Shown here one piece after another: positions 7,881-16,853 of a DNA stretch of 27,463 bases (its first letter is position 1; each line of letters starts with the position of its first letter). The DNA is taken from the IMG/VR virus record IMGVR_UViG_2545824714_000008, one strand, 5' to 3'. The notes beneath the pieces are model-generated. The model ran no database searches. It was not told the DNA's origin and saw only the letters and a list, made by a program, of their open reading frames with translations. This DNA is from a virus (Duplodnaviria > Heunggongvirae > Uroviricota > Caudoviricetes). The translations under genes were made by a program, and so were the position numbers.

Positions 7881-10103
7881 TTGGCTGTTCAATTCGCTTA
7901 TCCGTGGAACGTCCCACGGTCGGCAATCTCCAGCCCATACCTTACTTATGAGCAACAGCATCGCCGCGACCGTATGTTCGCGGCTTTGCTGCATGCAAAA
8001 AAGGGGCTTTCTCTCCAGCCCGACTGCGTGCGGTTAGATGTTTATCGCACTGCTGCGGTGCTGGAACAAAATCAGGGTAGTAAACGAGCCAATGCATTTT
8101 TAATCAGCTTCTGCAAAAAGGCATTGCCGCGTCTTGAACTGGTCGCAAAAAAATACGAATGCGCTGGTATCAACAGCAAGGTATCAACCGCTGTTTTTGG
8201 AAGTCATTTTGATACTCAGCAAATGCAATATCTGTCGTCACGCATGGTTAATATGGTCGCCCGATATAACCGTCTCCCGGACATGTCGCGCGCTGATGTT
8301 GACCTGTTGGCCGCTGATATTGCTAATTTCATTCGTGGTGAACTTGCCAACATTAATGACCACGGATTCGGCGAGCTTAAAACGCTGTACACCTGGTATA
8401 TTCGTGCTGGCTTTATTTCCCTCCAATTCAACGTTATCCCACCACATTGGGAGCGGGTTGAAAAAAAATATGTCGGTGCGGATGAAATCGCACCGGCTAT
8501 CGCCAAAATGTTTAACGATGGGTGGTGGCGCGGTCGTTTGCGCCGTGTAGCAGCTACGTGGCGCGAACACCTGCAAATTGCAGTCGGCAACGTCAGTAAG
8601 AAAAAAAACACTTACGCGAGTAAAAACTGCGTGACTGACTGGCGTGAACAAAAGCGCCGCACTCGTGAATTTCTCAAAGGTCTGGATCTCGAAGACGAAG
8701 ACGGCAACCGTATCAGCCTAATTGAAAAATATGATGGCTCAGTTGCTAACCCTGCGATTCGCCGCTGTGAGCTCATGACCCGCATTCGTGGGTTTGAAAA
8801 CATCTGTAATGAGCTCGGTTATGTCGGTGAGTTTTACACTCTAACCGCGCCGTCAAAATATCACGCCACGACTAAAGCCGGTTACCGTAACAGCAAATGG
8901 AGCGGTGCCAGCCCGGCTGACACGCAAAACTATCTAACCGGTATCTGGGCGCGTATCCGTGCCAAACTACATCGGGAAGATGTCCGTATTTTCGGTATTC
9001 GTGTCGCCGAGCCCCATCACGACGGCACTCCACACTGGCACATGCTGATGTTCATGCTGCCGGAAGATGTTGAATATGTTCGCTCCATCGTCCGTAAATA
9101 CGCATGGAAAGAAGACCGCCACGAACTGAAAAGCGATAAATCCCAAAAAGCACGTTTCCACGCGGAGTCCATTGACCCGGAGAAAGGCAGCGCAACCGGC
9201 TATGTTGCTAAATACATTTCAAAAAATATCGACGGTTATGCTCTCGATGGTGAAACCGATGATGAAAGCGGTGAGCTGCTGAAAGAGACAGCCCCCGCCG
9301 TTTCAGCATGGGCTGCGCGCTGGCACATCCGTCAGTTTCAGTTTATTGGTGGTGCGCCGGTGACGGTTTACCGTGAGTTGCGTCGCCTCGCTGATACCGA
9401 AACCGCGCACGGTCTGAGCGTTGAGTTTGCCGCCGTCCATGATGCCGCCGACGCTGGTGACTGGGCTGGTTATGTTAATGCTCAGGGTGGGCCGTTTGTC
9501 CGTCGCGATGATTTACAGGTGCGCACACTGTATGAACCGCGTACCGAGCTTAATCAGTACGGTGAGGAAACGGTATGTATTAAGGGGGTCTACGATTCCT
9601 CCATAGGTGCAGGAAGCCCGATTTTAACCCGGCTCACTCAGTGGAAGATTGTTCCGAAGCGTGCTGTTGATTTGGCCGTTGACCTTCAGGACGGCAAAGC
9701 CGTCCCTCGGAGTTCTGTCAATAACTGTACGGGAAGCGAAAGCGATCCACCGATACTGGATTTAACAAAACCACTGAGTCGGCGTGAAAGACGAGAATTG
9801 ACCAACCTACTCAGGAAGCAAAAGCCAGCAGCACGGCGAAAATTCATCCACGGAACGGATGAGCAAAACGCAGCTATAGCTAAAACTATCGATGAGATAC
9901 ATCTGACAACCGGCATTAATATCAGCCGGGGCGAAGCCCTGCACCTGATGGCCGGTGGTAAAAGTTGTTTTGATGGTAAATGGCTACGCGGAACGGCCAA
10001 AGGAGAAATATTTTCCGCAGCACCATCGCATGAGGCTAAAGCTCGGAAAATCCTTAATCGTGTTGCGGCGATGGCTGAAGCATCAAAACCAATACATGAG
10101 TAA
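7881..10103 (+). CDS. A: Rolling-circle replication initiation protein (P2 gpA family)
   Basis: 740 aa containing EPHHDGTPHWHMLMF and GYVAKYISKNIDGYALDG, matching P2 A motifs as recalled. TTG start with GGGGGT upstream. Confidence 0.9.
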   Translation: MAVQFAYPWNVPRSAISSPYLTYEQQHRRDRMFAALLHAKKGLSLQPDCVRLDVYRTAAVLEQNQGSKRANAFLISFCKKALPRLELVAKKYECAGINSKVSTAVFGSHFDTQQMQYLSSRMVNMVARYNRLPDMSRADVDLLAADIANFIRGELANINDHGFGELKTLYTWYIRAGFISLQFNVIPPHWERVEKKYVGADEIAPAIAKMFNDGWWRGRLRRVAATWREHLQIAVGNVSKKKNTYASKNCVTDWREQKRRTREFLKGLDLEDEDGNRISLIEKYDGSVANPAIRRCELMTRIRGFENICNELGYVGEFYTLTAPSKYHATTKAGYRNSKWSGASPADTQNYLTGIWARIRAKLHREDVRIFGIRVAEPHHDGTPHWHMLMFMLPEDVEYVRSIVRKYAWKEDRHELKSDKSQKARFHAESIDPEKGSATGYVAKYISKNIDGYALDGETDDESGELLKETAPAVSAWAARWHIRQFQFIGGAPVTVYRELRRLADTETAHGLSVEFAAVHDAADAGDWAGYVNAQGGPFVRRDDLQVRTLYEPRTELNQYGEETVCIKGVYDSSIGAGSPILTRLTQWKIVPKRAVDLAVDLQDGKAVPRSSVNNCTGSESDPPILDLTKPLSRRERRELTNLLRKQKPAARRKFIHGTDEQNAAIAKTIDEIHLTTGINISRGEALHLMAGGKSCFDGKWLRGTAKGEIFSAAPSHEAKARKILNRVAAMAEASKPIHE

Positions 10104-10177
10104 TTCATATCCATATCATGCACATACAGCAATCGCTCTATTCGTTTTTTTTCTTCCCATCTTTTGCCAATACGTGC

Positions 10178-10197
10178 TACTGTATAAATATACAGTA
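10178..10197 (+). promoter_or_regulatory. LexA (SOS) box overlapping a promoter, upstream of a small-ORF operon
   Basis: TACTGTATAAATATACAGTA is a perfect CTGT-N8-ACAG box with an AT-rich spacer, about 20 bp upstream of the ATG at 10217. Confidence 0.8.
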
Positions 10198-10216
10198 ACC
10201 CTGTGGGAGGGATTTC

Positions 10217-10399
10217 ATGGTTGGCGAACATTTCAGCCGAACGCAGCAAAAGTGGGCTTGTGTGCAATTTATTGCCGAGGTATCTCTGATTGCAAACTGC
10301 AAGCCATCAGACTTAAAGCTCGCGCTCACTCTCATTGCAGACCTAGCAAACAGCGAGAATAACGAAACCGAAGATGATAATTTTTATAAGGCTGATTAG
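10217..10399 (+). CDS. Small SOS-regulated protein (candidate Tum-like antirepressor function)
   Basis: 60-aa ORF with GGGAGGG upstream, directly downstream of the LexA box. Confidence 0.55.
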   Translation: MVGEHFSRTQQKWACVQFIAEVSLIANCKPSDLKLALTLIADLANSENNETEDDNFYKAD

Positions 10400-10402
10400 A
10401 TT

Positions 10403-10636
10403 ATGAGAATCAATATCACGTTGGATAAAGAGCAAAAAATTAGTCAGGCAACATTGGATGCACTTGAGGCTGAACTGTACCGCAATCTTCAACCTATTTA
10501 CCCAAAGACTGCTATCCGAATTCGCAAGGGCTCCGCTAATGGCGTTGAACTAAGCGGTTTGAAACTGGACGAAGATAAAAAACGAGTAATGGAAATCATG
10601 CAGCAGGTATGGGAGGACGATAGCTGGCTGCATTAA
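10403..10636 (+). CDS. Small hypothetical phage protein
   Basis: 77-aa ORF, 3 nt after the preceding stop, followed immediately by repeat copy 1. Confidence 0.55.
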   Translation: MRINITLDKEQKISQATLDALEAELYRNLQPIYPKTAIRIRKGSANGVELSGLKLDEDKKRVMEIMQQVWEDDSWLH

Positions 10637-10638
10637 CA

Positions 10639-10707
10639 AACGCCGCCGGTGCTGAAACTTGCTTTCAGTGCTGGCGGGGTTGAACAACTCGCACCGCGAG
10701 GCGCTAG
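10639..10707 (+). repeat. 69-bp structured repeat, copy 1 (imperfect dyad CCGCC..CTGAAA / TTTCAG..GGCGG)
   Basis: About 86% identical to 11044..11112 and starts 2 nt after a stop codon. Confidence 0.7.
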
Positions 10708-10831
10708 TTCTTCCTCTCAAAGTTTCTCGATGTTTTATTGGTTACACACCAGTGATGAATGGGACGTTACCTTAGCGGGTTTTATAGTGGCGCTGTGGCA
10801 GCGCTAAATAAAATTCATTGAGGGCGATAAT

Positions 10832-11041
10832 ATGCATCGACTACCGGGCGAAATTCCGCAGCACAAAACTAAAAGCATCAAACTGATGGCCATCGTTCAT
10901 CGTCTGCAGCAGATAATGGTCAATGAGAATTTGACACCCGCCGAGCTGGTCGGGTGTGCCGAAATAGTCAGGGATAATTACGGCAAGCTGGATAGCATCA
11001 GCAAGCCGACACATTACTCACCGCCACCACGTCGACCATAG
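10832..11041 (+). CDS. Small hypothetical phage protein
   Basis: 69-aa ORF with GAGGG upstream, followed immediately by repeat copy 2. Confidence 0.55.
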   Translation: MHRLPGEIPQHKTKSIKLMAIVHRLQQIMVNENLTPAELVGCAEIVRDNYGKLDSISKPTHYSPPPRRP

Positions 11042-11043
11042 AT

Positions 11044-11112
11044 AACGCCGCCGGAGCTGAAACTCGCTTTCAGGTCTGGCGGGGTTGAACAACGAGCTAC
11101 GCGAGGCGTTAG
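11044..11112 (+). repeat. 69-bp structured repeat, copy 2
   Basis: Same dyad as copy 1 and starts 2 nt after the stop codon. Confidence 0.7.
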
Positions 11113-11174
11113 CCGGTCATAGCGTCGCAAATACTTCAACCGTCTGCTGGTTAAATAATTCGAGGTTTTTGGAC

Positions 11175-11369
11175 ATGCAAAATCCCCTTTCATCGAAAAA
11201 TGACCCGTTTGCCGATTGGGCAAAGAATCTGACTTTAATGGCTTTAAATAACGACCTGAGCTCTCGCGAGGTGGAAAGCTACACCGCAAAAATGGTCGGG
11301 CAGGCCGGTAAAGATGAGCTATCAGTCGTTATCAAACACCTGTTAAATCACATCAGAATGCGCAAATAA
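11175..11369 (+). CDS. Small hypothetical phage protein (ATG 11175; the ORF opens at TTG 11085 inside repeat 2)
   Basis: GAGG about 9 nt before ATG 11175, giving 64 aa. Confidence 0.45.
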   Translation: MQNPLSSKNDPFADWAKNLTLMALNNDLSSREVESYTAKMVGQAGKDELSVVIKHLLNHIRMRK

Positions 11370-11385
11370 GAGGAACTATATAAAT

Positions 11386-11487
11386 ATGTTATCTCTCGTT
11401 TATGAAAATCCGTGGACGACGATTTTTCTGATGATTGTTGCCAGCATGTGCCTCAACAGTGTTATTGGCGCATTGCGCGGCCATTAA
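11386..11487 (+). CDS. 33-aa hydrophobic peptide (MLSLVYENPWTTIFLMIVASMCLNSVIGALRGH)
   Basis: AAGAGGAA about 10 nt upstream of the ATG, one predicted transmembrane-like segment, followed by a strong terminator. Below the 60-aa cutoff of the ORF track. Confidence 0.4.
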   Translation: MLSLVYENPWTTIFLMIVASMCLNSVIGALRGH

Positions 11488-11506
11488 TCGCGACAAAACC
11501 AGACTA

Positions 11507-11535
11507 AAACCGGCACCCTGAATGCCGGTTTTTTT
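11507..11535 (+). terminator. Rho-independent terminator ending the early/SOS operon
   Basis: 9-bp stem AAACCGGCA / TGCCGGTTT with loop CCCTGAA, followed by a T7 run. Confidence 0.8.
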
Positions 11536-11695
11536 ATGCCATTTTTCCGCGAATTTCCCGTTTTTTAGTCGTGCATGCATCAGGTGCATGGTTTTGCATG
11601 CGTCAGTCTTGCCCGTTCTGTCCGTGCGCCGCCAGAGCTAGCGCGGATCCAGAGTTGTCATGCAACTGCATTAAAACCGCCCCATAAAGCGGGCA

Positions 11696-11714
11696 GGCGT
11701 GGCGGGGAAAGCAT
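11696..11714. other. cos site (19-nt cohesive-end sequence of 186/P2 type)
   Basis: GGCGTGGCGGGGAAAGCAT matches the 186 cohesive end as I recall it (P2: GGCGAGGCGGGGAAAGCAC). Lies between the replication and portal sides as expected in a prophage. Confidence 0.7.
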
Positions 11715-11933
11715 TGCGCGCCAGCAGTGATGCGTAATAATAAAAATTATCCTCTGAGCGCGTCGTGATGGCGCTGTCGTGGTCGCTGCTGGTTCGTTGG
11801 TGGTCGAGTGTGTTCGTGCGCGTGAGACGCATCTGATGCGTGATGGTGGTGTGCATGGAAAAGCCACCAGGAGCAGCGGCTTTACAGGAGTGGCAGGATT
11901 CAAACTGCTAATTATGTTTCTACTATGATTAAA

Positions 11934-12938
11934 CTAATTTACATGTATGTAGAGTTCACCGTCGCCAGACCAATCGGGACACTCTAAAACAAGCCCAAAC
12001 TGCTTGAATATTTCATCAATGATTATTGTTATCTCCCGAAAATCACCAAAACCTGTAATGTGCTGGTCATTAAACTTCCCATAAAGATTCTGAAAAGCAA
12101 TGCCTAATTCTGATAATTGATATCTTATCTTTGAGTTGGATAGTGTAAGGGATAGCTTTGGATCGTATTCTTTAATATTGATGTTTAGAGAATGGACATA
12201 ACCCATCGCATAAGCATAAGAGTTGATGATTAGCCTGATACGTTTTTTTACTTCAAGATACATGTCATTCAGAGAAATATTACCGTACTTATAACCCCAG
12301 ATGAGTTTTTCAATCTCGTCAGATACTTCATTTACAACAGTGTCAAGATTCTCTAAAAATAAATCGACAGTTTCTTGAGGGGCAGACCCCGAAGACATGT
12401 AATTAGCGAGATATTCAGACCATGCACGCGTGGCTGAGATAAGAAGCGCGCTACCATACTCGTTGACTGTAAAGTTTTGGGCTAAGCATGTTAGTAAGTT
12501 TTTTTCATGTACGTGCACTAATTCATGGTGAATGCGATGGATGACTGCGAGGTATCCTTCTTCTTTCAGTTTTAAGAAGCTACCATCATTGAAAAGCTCA
12601 ACAAAAAAATCAATCGATAGCACAAGGGTATATTCTTCATATAGCCCATCATTGCCAATTTTTGTTACTAACTGCCCGACGGCTGCGCCCTGTTTGCTAT
12701 TGGTAAATGAACTAGGGGATTTGTGTTGGTAAGAGGATGTTACCTTTTGAAGAGCTTCACTGAAGTTATAGGAAACAATCACGCATTTTAATTTGGAGAT
12801 ATCAAGATTGAGATTCTTTGTTAAAGCTCGGATAGCTTCTAGTGTGAAATTACCGATATTATTTGCTTCTTGCTCAGTAGCGAAACCTTCGAGGGTTATT
12901 TTAAAATCAGTTTCCAAAATATTAATCTCCGCGCCCAT
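11934..12938 (-). CDS. Orphan 334-aa protein in a low-GC insertion between cos and the portal gene (candidate accessory/defence gene)
   Basis: Uninterrupted ORF in AT-rich DNA, co-oriented with portal and terminase. Contains an HHELVH (HExxH-like) stretch and no obvious membrane segments. No Shine-Dalgarno evident. Confidence 0.65.
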   Translation of the reverse strand: MGAEINILETDFKITLEGFATEQEANNIGNFTLEAIRALTKNLNLDISKLKCVIVSYNFSEALQKVTSSYQHKSPSSFTNSKQGAAVGQLVTKIGNDGLYEEYTLVLSIDFFVELFNDGSFLKLKEEGYLAVIHRIHHELVHVHEKNLLTCLAQNFTVNEYGSALLISATRAWSEYLANYMSSGSAPQETVDLFLENLDTVVNEVSDEIEKLIWGYKYGNISLNDMYLEVKKRIRLIINSYAYAMGYVHSLNINIKEYDPKLSLTLSNSKIRYQLSELGIAFQNLYGKFNDQHITGFGDFREITIIIDEIFKQFGLVLECPDWSGDGELYIHVN

Positions 12939-13015
12939 TGTTTTGATATTCGATGCACTATAGCTTTCGCAGATTGCATCTTCAATAATGAGCGCAGAGA
13001 TTGTGGCGGCCTAAG

Positions 13016-14062
13016 TTATTCTGGGTTGTCGAGGGTGTACTCTTTGAATCTGATGACCTCCATGCCGAGCCAGTCATTTACCTCCCTGAACCTGTCCTGT
13101 AGCGGCGACAGCTCGTTGCGCACAAATACCTTTGCCACCTTCTCAACATCACCGAGTGAACCGATATTCTCGGGCTTGCCGCCCATGAGCTGGAACGGTA
13201 CGCGGTGCGCGTCCATCAGATCGGCGGCACTGGCCTTCTTGATGTTGAAAAAGTCATCCTTTGTGGCGACCTCGCTCAGTGGCACGATTTTGATGCCGTC
13301 CGGTTTTCCGCCGGGAGCGTAGAAAAACAGGTTCTTAAAGTTGCCGAGCCCTTTTGAGTTGCGCATCGCCTCGCGCAGCGATTCGACGTCGGTCGCGCTC
13401 TGCGCCGGGTCAGTCACATACATGATGTAGCCTGCGTGCGCGCCGTTCTGATAATACTTGCGGCGGAACAGCGTCGCGGATTCATTCAGCCAAGCGGAAT
13501 TAAGCGCGCTGAGATATTCCGGCAGACCGTAAATCTCCTGATTAATGTCGGGCTCCAGCAGGTGAAACACGGTATCAGGCGCGAACTCGTGCGGCTGGGT
13601 GAAGTTTTCCACAAACCAGAAAATCGAATCGTCGACTCCGCGTCGGGGGTATTTGGCTGGCGAGGCCAGCAGTTTGATTAACTGGCCGGTGACGCTGTGG
13701 CGCTGCTCAAGAAAGGCGTTACCGAACACCAGATAATCGAGCGCAAAGCGGCTGAAATCCTGACGGGATAACAACGGGTGCGGAATGTAGGTGCTCGCGA
13801 GCACGTTACGCTTAACATAAATTGGCGAGCTGTGATGCACGGCAGAGCGCAGGCTCTTTGCCAGCCCTGAGAAGCTGACCGGCGGCTCGTACCATTTGCC
13901 GTTACTGATGCACTCGACGTAATCCAGAATGTCGCGCTTATCGAGTACCGGCACCGGCTCGCCGAAGGTGAACGCTGTCGTTTTTGGCGGTGCGCTGGCG
14001 GTCAGTTGTTGTGGTTTGCTGGCCTTTTGTGCGTTGGCTTTACGGGATTTTTGTTTACCCAT
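13016..14062 (-). CDS. Q: Portal protein (P2 gpQ family)
   Basis: 348 aa (P2 Q is about 344 aa), adjacent to and co-oriented with the large terminase and next to cos. Confidence 0.9.
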   Translation of the reverse strand: MGKQKSRKANAQKASKPQQLTASAPPKTTAFTFGEPVPVLDKRDILDYVECISNGKWYEPPVSFSGLAKSLRSAVHHSSPIYVKRNVLASTYIPHPLLSRQDFSRFALDYLVFGNAFLEQRHSVTGQLIKLLASPAKYPRRGVDDSIFWFVENFTQPHEFAPDTVFHLLEPDINQEIYGLPEYLSALNSAWLNESATLFRRKYYQNGAHAGYIMYVTDPAQSATDVESLREAMRNSKGLGNFKNLFFYAPGGKPDGIKIVPLSEVATKDDFFNIKKASAADLMDAHRVPFQLMGGKPENIGSLGDVEKVAKVFVRNELSPLQDRFREVNDWLGMEVIRFKEYTLDNPE

Positions 14063-14063
14063 T

Positions 14064-15833
14064 TTAGTTGAACTCCAGAATAGATTTAGGCTGCATGCCG
14101 CTACCGGCAGAAAGCGGTTCGTTTAACAGGGCGTGCATGGTCGCCCATGCGATATCGGCGTGGCTGGCTTCCTCGGTGCGGCTGGCCTCATAGGTGGCGC
14201 AGCGCCCGCTGCTGGTCATGGTTTTGCGGATGGACATAAACGACTGCGTGACGTCGGTTGCTCCGGCGTCGTACTCCAGACAGCCACGGCGAATGGTGTC
14301 TTTCGCCTTGAGTACCATTGCGGTTTTCATTTCAGGTGTGTAACGGATGCCGCGTGCCGCCGGGTAAAATGAGCGCACCAGCTGGAACACGCCGAGACCG
14401 AGGCCGGTTGCGTCAATGCCGATGTATTCGACGTTGTATTTCTCGGTCAGCTTGCGGATGCCCTCTGCCTGTGCTGCAAAATCCATGCCCTTCCACTGGT
14501 GGCGCTCCAGCATGCGGAACTTGCCACCAGAGACCACCGGCGGCGCGAGCACGACGCACCCGGCACTGTCGCCGGTGTGTGACGGGTCGTAGCCAATCCA
14601 GACAGGACGAGAGCCGAACGGATGGTCGGCGAACGGGGCAAAGTCCTCCCATTCCTCCATCACATCGACCATGCAGCGCTGCAGCTCCTCGAACGGGAAT
14701 ACCGACGCTTTATCGTCGACAAACTCGCACATAAACAGGTTCTTAAAGTCCTCATCACTGTTTTCGCGTTTGAGCTGGTCGAGGTCGAACAGGGTGCAGC
14801 CACCCGCAAGGGCGTCCTCAATGGTGACAATCTGCCGCCACTGGCCATCGTCGCAGAGCTGGCCACCGGCGAGCGCGCTGTGACTGATGTCGATTTCGAT
14901 GCGGTCGGCAATCCGGCTGCGCCCCTTGTTGAACAGCTCGCCAGACCAGAAGGGGTAAGCGCCGTGCGCCAGCGTGGAAGGTGTCGAAAAATAGGTCGAG
15001 CGCAGGTGCTTTTGCGAGGCCATGCCCGAGGCGACTTTGCGCAGTTTCTGAAAATTCGGGATCCAGAATATTTCATCGACATACAGATCGCCGTTATGGC
15101 TCTGCGCGGTGTTGGAATTGGTACCGAGAAAAATCAGTTTTGCGCCGTTGTTACCGATGACAATCGGGTCGCCAGTCAGGTCAACGTCGACCAGTCGCGC
15201 AAACTGGATGATGTATTCGCGGAACACGTAAGCCTGCGTTTTACTGGCTGATAAAAATATCTGGTTATGGCCGGTTTTGAGTGCGCGCAGCAGTGCCTCG
15301 CGGGAGAAATAGAATGTCGCGCCAATCTGGCGGGATTTGAGAATGTCACGAATACGGTGCTCCAGTCCTGCGCGGTACCACTGCAACTGGTACTCGAAAG
15401 ACTGGTCGAAAAATAATTCCTCTAGTTTATCGATAGCCTCGTCGCTGAAAAAATTCTTTTTCGGCTTTTTGCGCTCCCCTTTGTTGCGGTTGGCGACGTT
15501 GGGGTTAAGGTCGGCTTCGTTGCCGGTCTGGCTGTAGCGGTTGACTCGCGCCAACCGTTCAATCTGCCGTCCGAGCAGGTCAATCTCTTTGAAATCACCC
15601 CCTGTCTTTTGCGGCTTGGCGATGAGCTGAATCAGCCTGGCCTCAAGGCTGCTTTCAACGCGGGAAATCGGCGCGATGCCGTCCCAGCCGTCGCGCTGCT
15701 TCCAGCTCTGCACGGTCGGGCGCTTGACCTGCAGCATTTCGGCAATCTGTGGCACGGAAAAACCCTGCCAGTAAAGCAGCGATGCCTGCCGTCGCGGGTC
15801 ATGCAACAAGGTTGTATCGGTGGAAATGGTCAT
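14064..15833 (-). CDS. P: Terminase large (ATPase) subunit (P2 gpP family)
   Basis: 589 aa (P2 P is about 590 aa), divergent from the scaffold gene. Confidence 0.9.
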   Translation of the reverse strand: MTISTDTTLLHDPRRQASLLYWQGFSVPQIAEMLQVKRPTVQSWKQRDGWDGIAPISRVESSLEARLIQLIAKPQKTGGDFKEIDLLGRQIERLARVNRYSQTGNEADLNPNVANRNKGERKKPKKNFFSDEAIDKLEELFFDQSFEYQLQWYRAGLEHRIRDILKSRQIGATFYFSREALLRALKTGHNQIFLSASKTQAYVFREYIIQFARLVDVDLTGDPIVIGNNGAKLIFLGTNSNTAQSHNGDLYVDEIFWIPNFQKLRKVASGMASQKHLRSTYFSTPSTLAHGAYPFWSGELFNKGRSRIADRIEIDISHSALAGGQLCDDGQWRQIVTIEDALAGGCTLFDLDQLKRENSDEDFKNLFMCEFVDDKASVFPFEELQRCMVDVMEEWEDFAPFADHPFGSRPVWIGYDPSHTGDSAGCVVLAPPVVSGGKFRMLERHQWKGMDFAAQAEGIRKLTEKYNVEYIGIDATGLGLGVFQLVRSFYPAARGIRYTPEMKTAMVLKAKDTIRRGCLEYDAGATDVTQSFMSIRKTMTSSGRCATYEASRTEEASHADIAWATMHALLNEPLSAGSGMQPKSILEFN

Positions 15834-15998
15834 TGATGCCTCGCCGTAGTGGATTCAGGGCAAGGCTACTTAATGGCCGTCAGTGATTCGCTAAGGTGCT
15901 GTTGTGTGGACGGTTGTCCAGTCGTCATTGGTGGTCTGGCGTGTCCTGAGTCTGGAAACTGGCGGTGACCAGTAACCTCAACCTCAGGACTCCTGACA
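15834..15998. promoter_or_regulatory. Divergent late-promoter region between the terminase and scaffold genes
   Basis: Intergenic region between divergent P and O homologues, with a TGTTGT...GGAC-N4-GTCC dyad. Not mapped precisely. Confidence 0.35.
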
Positions 15999-16853
15999 AT
16001 GGCAAAAAAAGTCTCAAAATTCTTTCGCATCGGCGTCGAGGGTGACACCTGCGACGGCCGCATTATCAGCGGCAACGATATTCAGGAAATGGCCGAATCG
16101 TTTGACCCTCGCGTCTACGGTTGCCGCATTAACCTTGAGCATATTCGCGGTCTCTTTCCTGATGGCGACTTCAAACGCTTAGGCGATGTGGTTGAACTGA
16201 AAGCTGAAATAATTGACGACGATTCTGCGCTTAACGGCAAATGGGCGTTGTTCGCCAGAATCACCCCAACCGACGACCTGATTGCGATGAATAAAAAATT
16301 GCAGAAGGTCTACACCTCAATGGAAATTCAGCCGAATTTTGCCAATACCGGCAAATGCTACCTCGTCGGCCTTGCTGTCACCGATGACCCGGCGAGCCTC
16401 GGCACTGAATACCTCGAATTCTGCCGCAACGCGAAGCACAACCCGCTGCAGCGCTTTAAGACCAACCCTGAAAACGTCTTTTCCGCTGCCACTCTGGCCG
16501 AGCTGGAGTTTGAAGACGTTCCCGACACGGTGCTCAACAGCCTGGCCGATAAGGTGAAAGCCATTTTCAGCCGTAAGCAGGTCAGCGACGATGCGCGCCT
16601 GAATGATGTGCATGAAGCGGTGACCACCGTCAGCGAACATGTGCAAACCAACCTGACAAAACAGGACGAGCGCCTTTCCGCTATGGAAACCGCGTTTGCC
16701 ACTTTCAAACAGGAACTGACCGGCAAGGTTGAAGAAACCAGCCAGGCATTTTCCGACCTGAAAACCACCCTCGATAAAACCGAAAGTTTCAGCCAGCCGC
16801 GACGCACGAAAGCCAGCGGCGGTGGTGGCGATGAGCTGCTGACCGACTGCTGA
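15999..16853 (+). CDS. O: Capsid scaffolding protein (P2 gpO family)
   Basis: 284 aa, the same length as P2 O, preceding the major capsid gene. Confidence 0.88.
   Translation: MAKKVSKFFRIGVEGDTCDGRIISGNDIQEMAESFDPRVYGCRINLEHIRGLFPDGDFKRLGDVVELKAEIIDDDSALNGKWALFARITPTDDLIAMNKKLQKVYTSMEIQPNFANTGKCYLVGLAVTDDPASLGTEYLEFCRNAKHNPLQRFKTNPENVFSAATLAELEFEDVPDTVLNSLADKVKAIFSRKQVSDDARLNDVHEAVTTVSEHVQTNLTKQDERLSAMETAFATFKQELTGKVEETSQAFSDLKTTLDKTESFSQPRRTKASGGGGDELLTDC

Noticed and set aside
8458-8606. A8 homopolymer runs inside gene A (around 8460 and 8599)
   Set aside because: The A reading frame is intact through both and they encode Lys-rich stretches, so they are not treated as frameshift sites.
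9686-10267. 193-aa minus-strand ORF
   Set aside because: It is antisense to the 3' end of gene A and runs across the LexA box and promoter.
11389-11589. 66-aa minus-strand ORF
   Set aside because: It is antisense to the small peptide gene and runs through the terminator hairpin.
14622-15251. 209-aa plus-strand ORF, and neighbouring 14318..14734 and 14660..15082
   Set aside because: They are entirely inside and antisense or out of frame to the large terminase gene, with no independent support.
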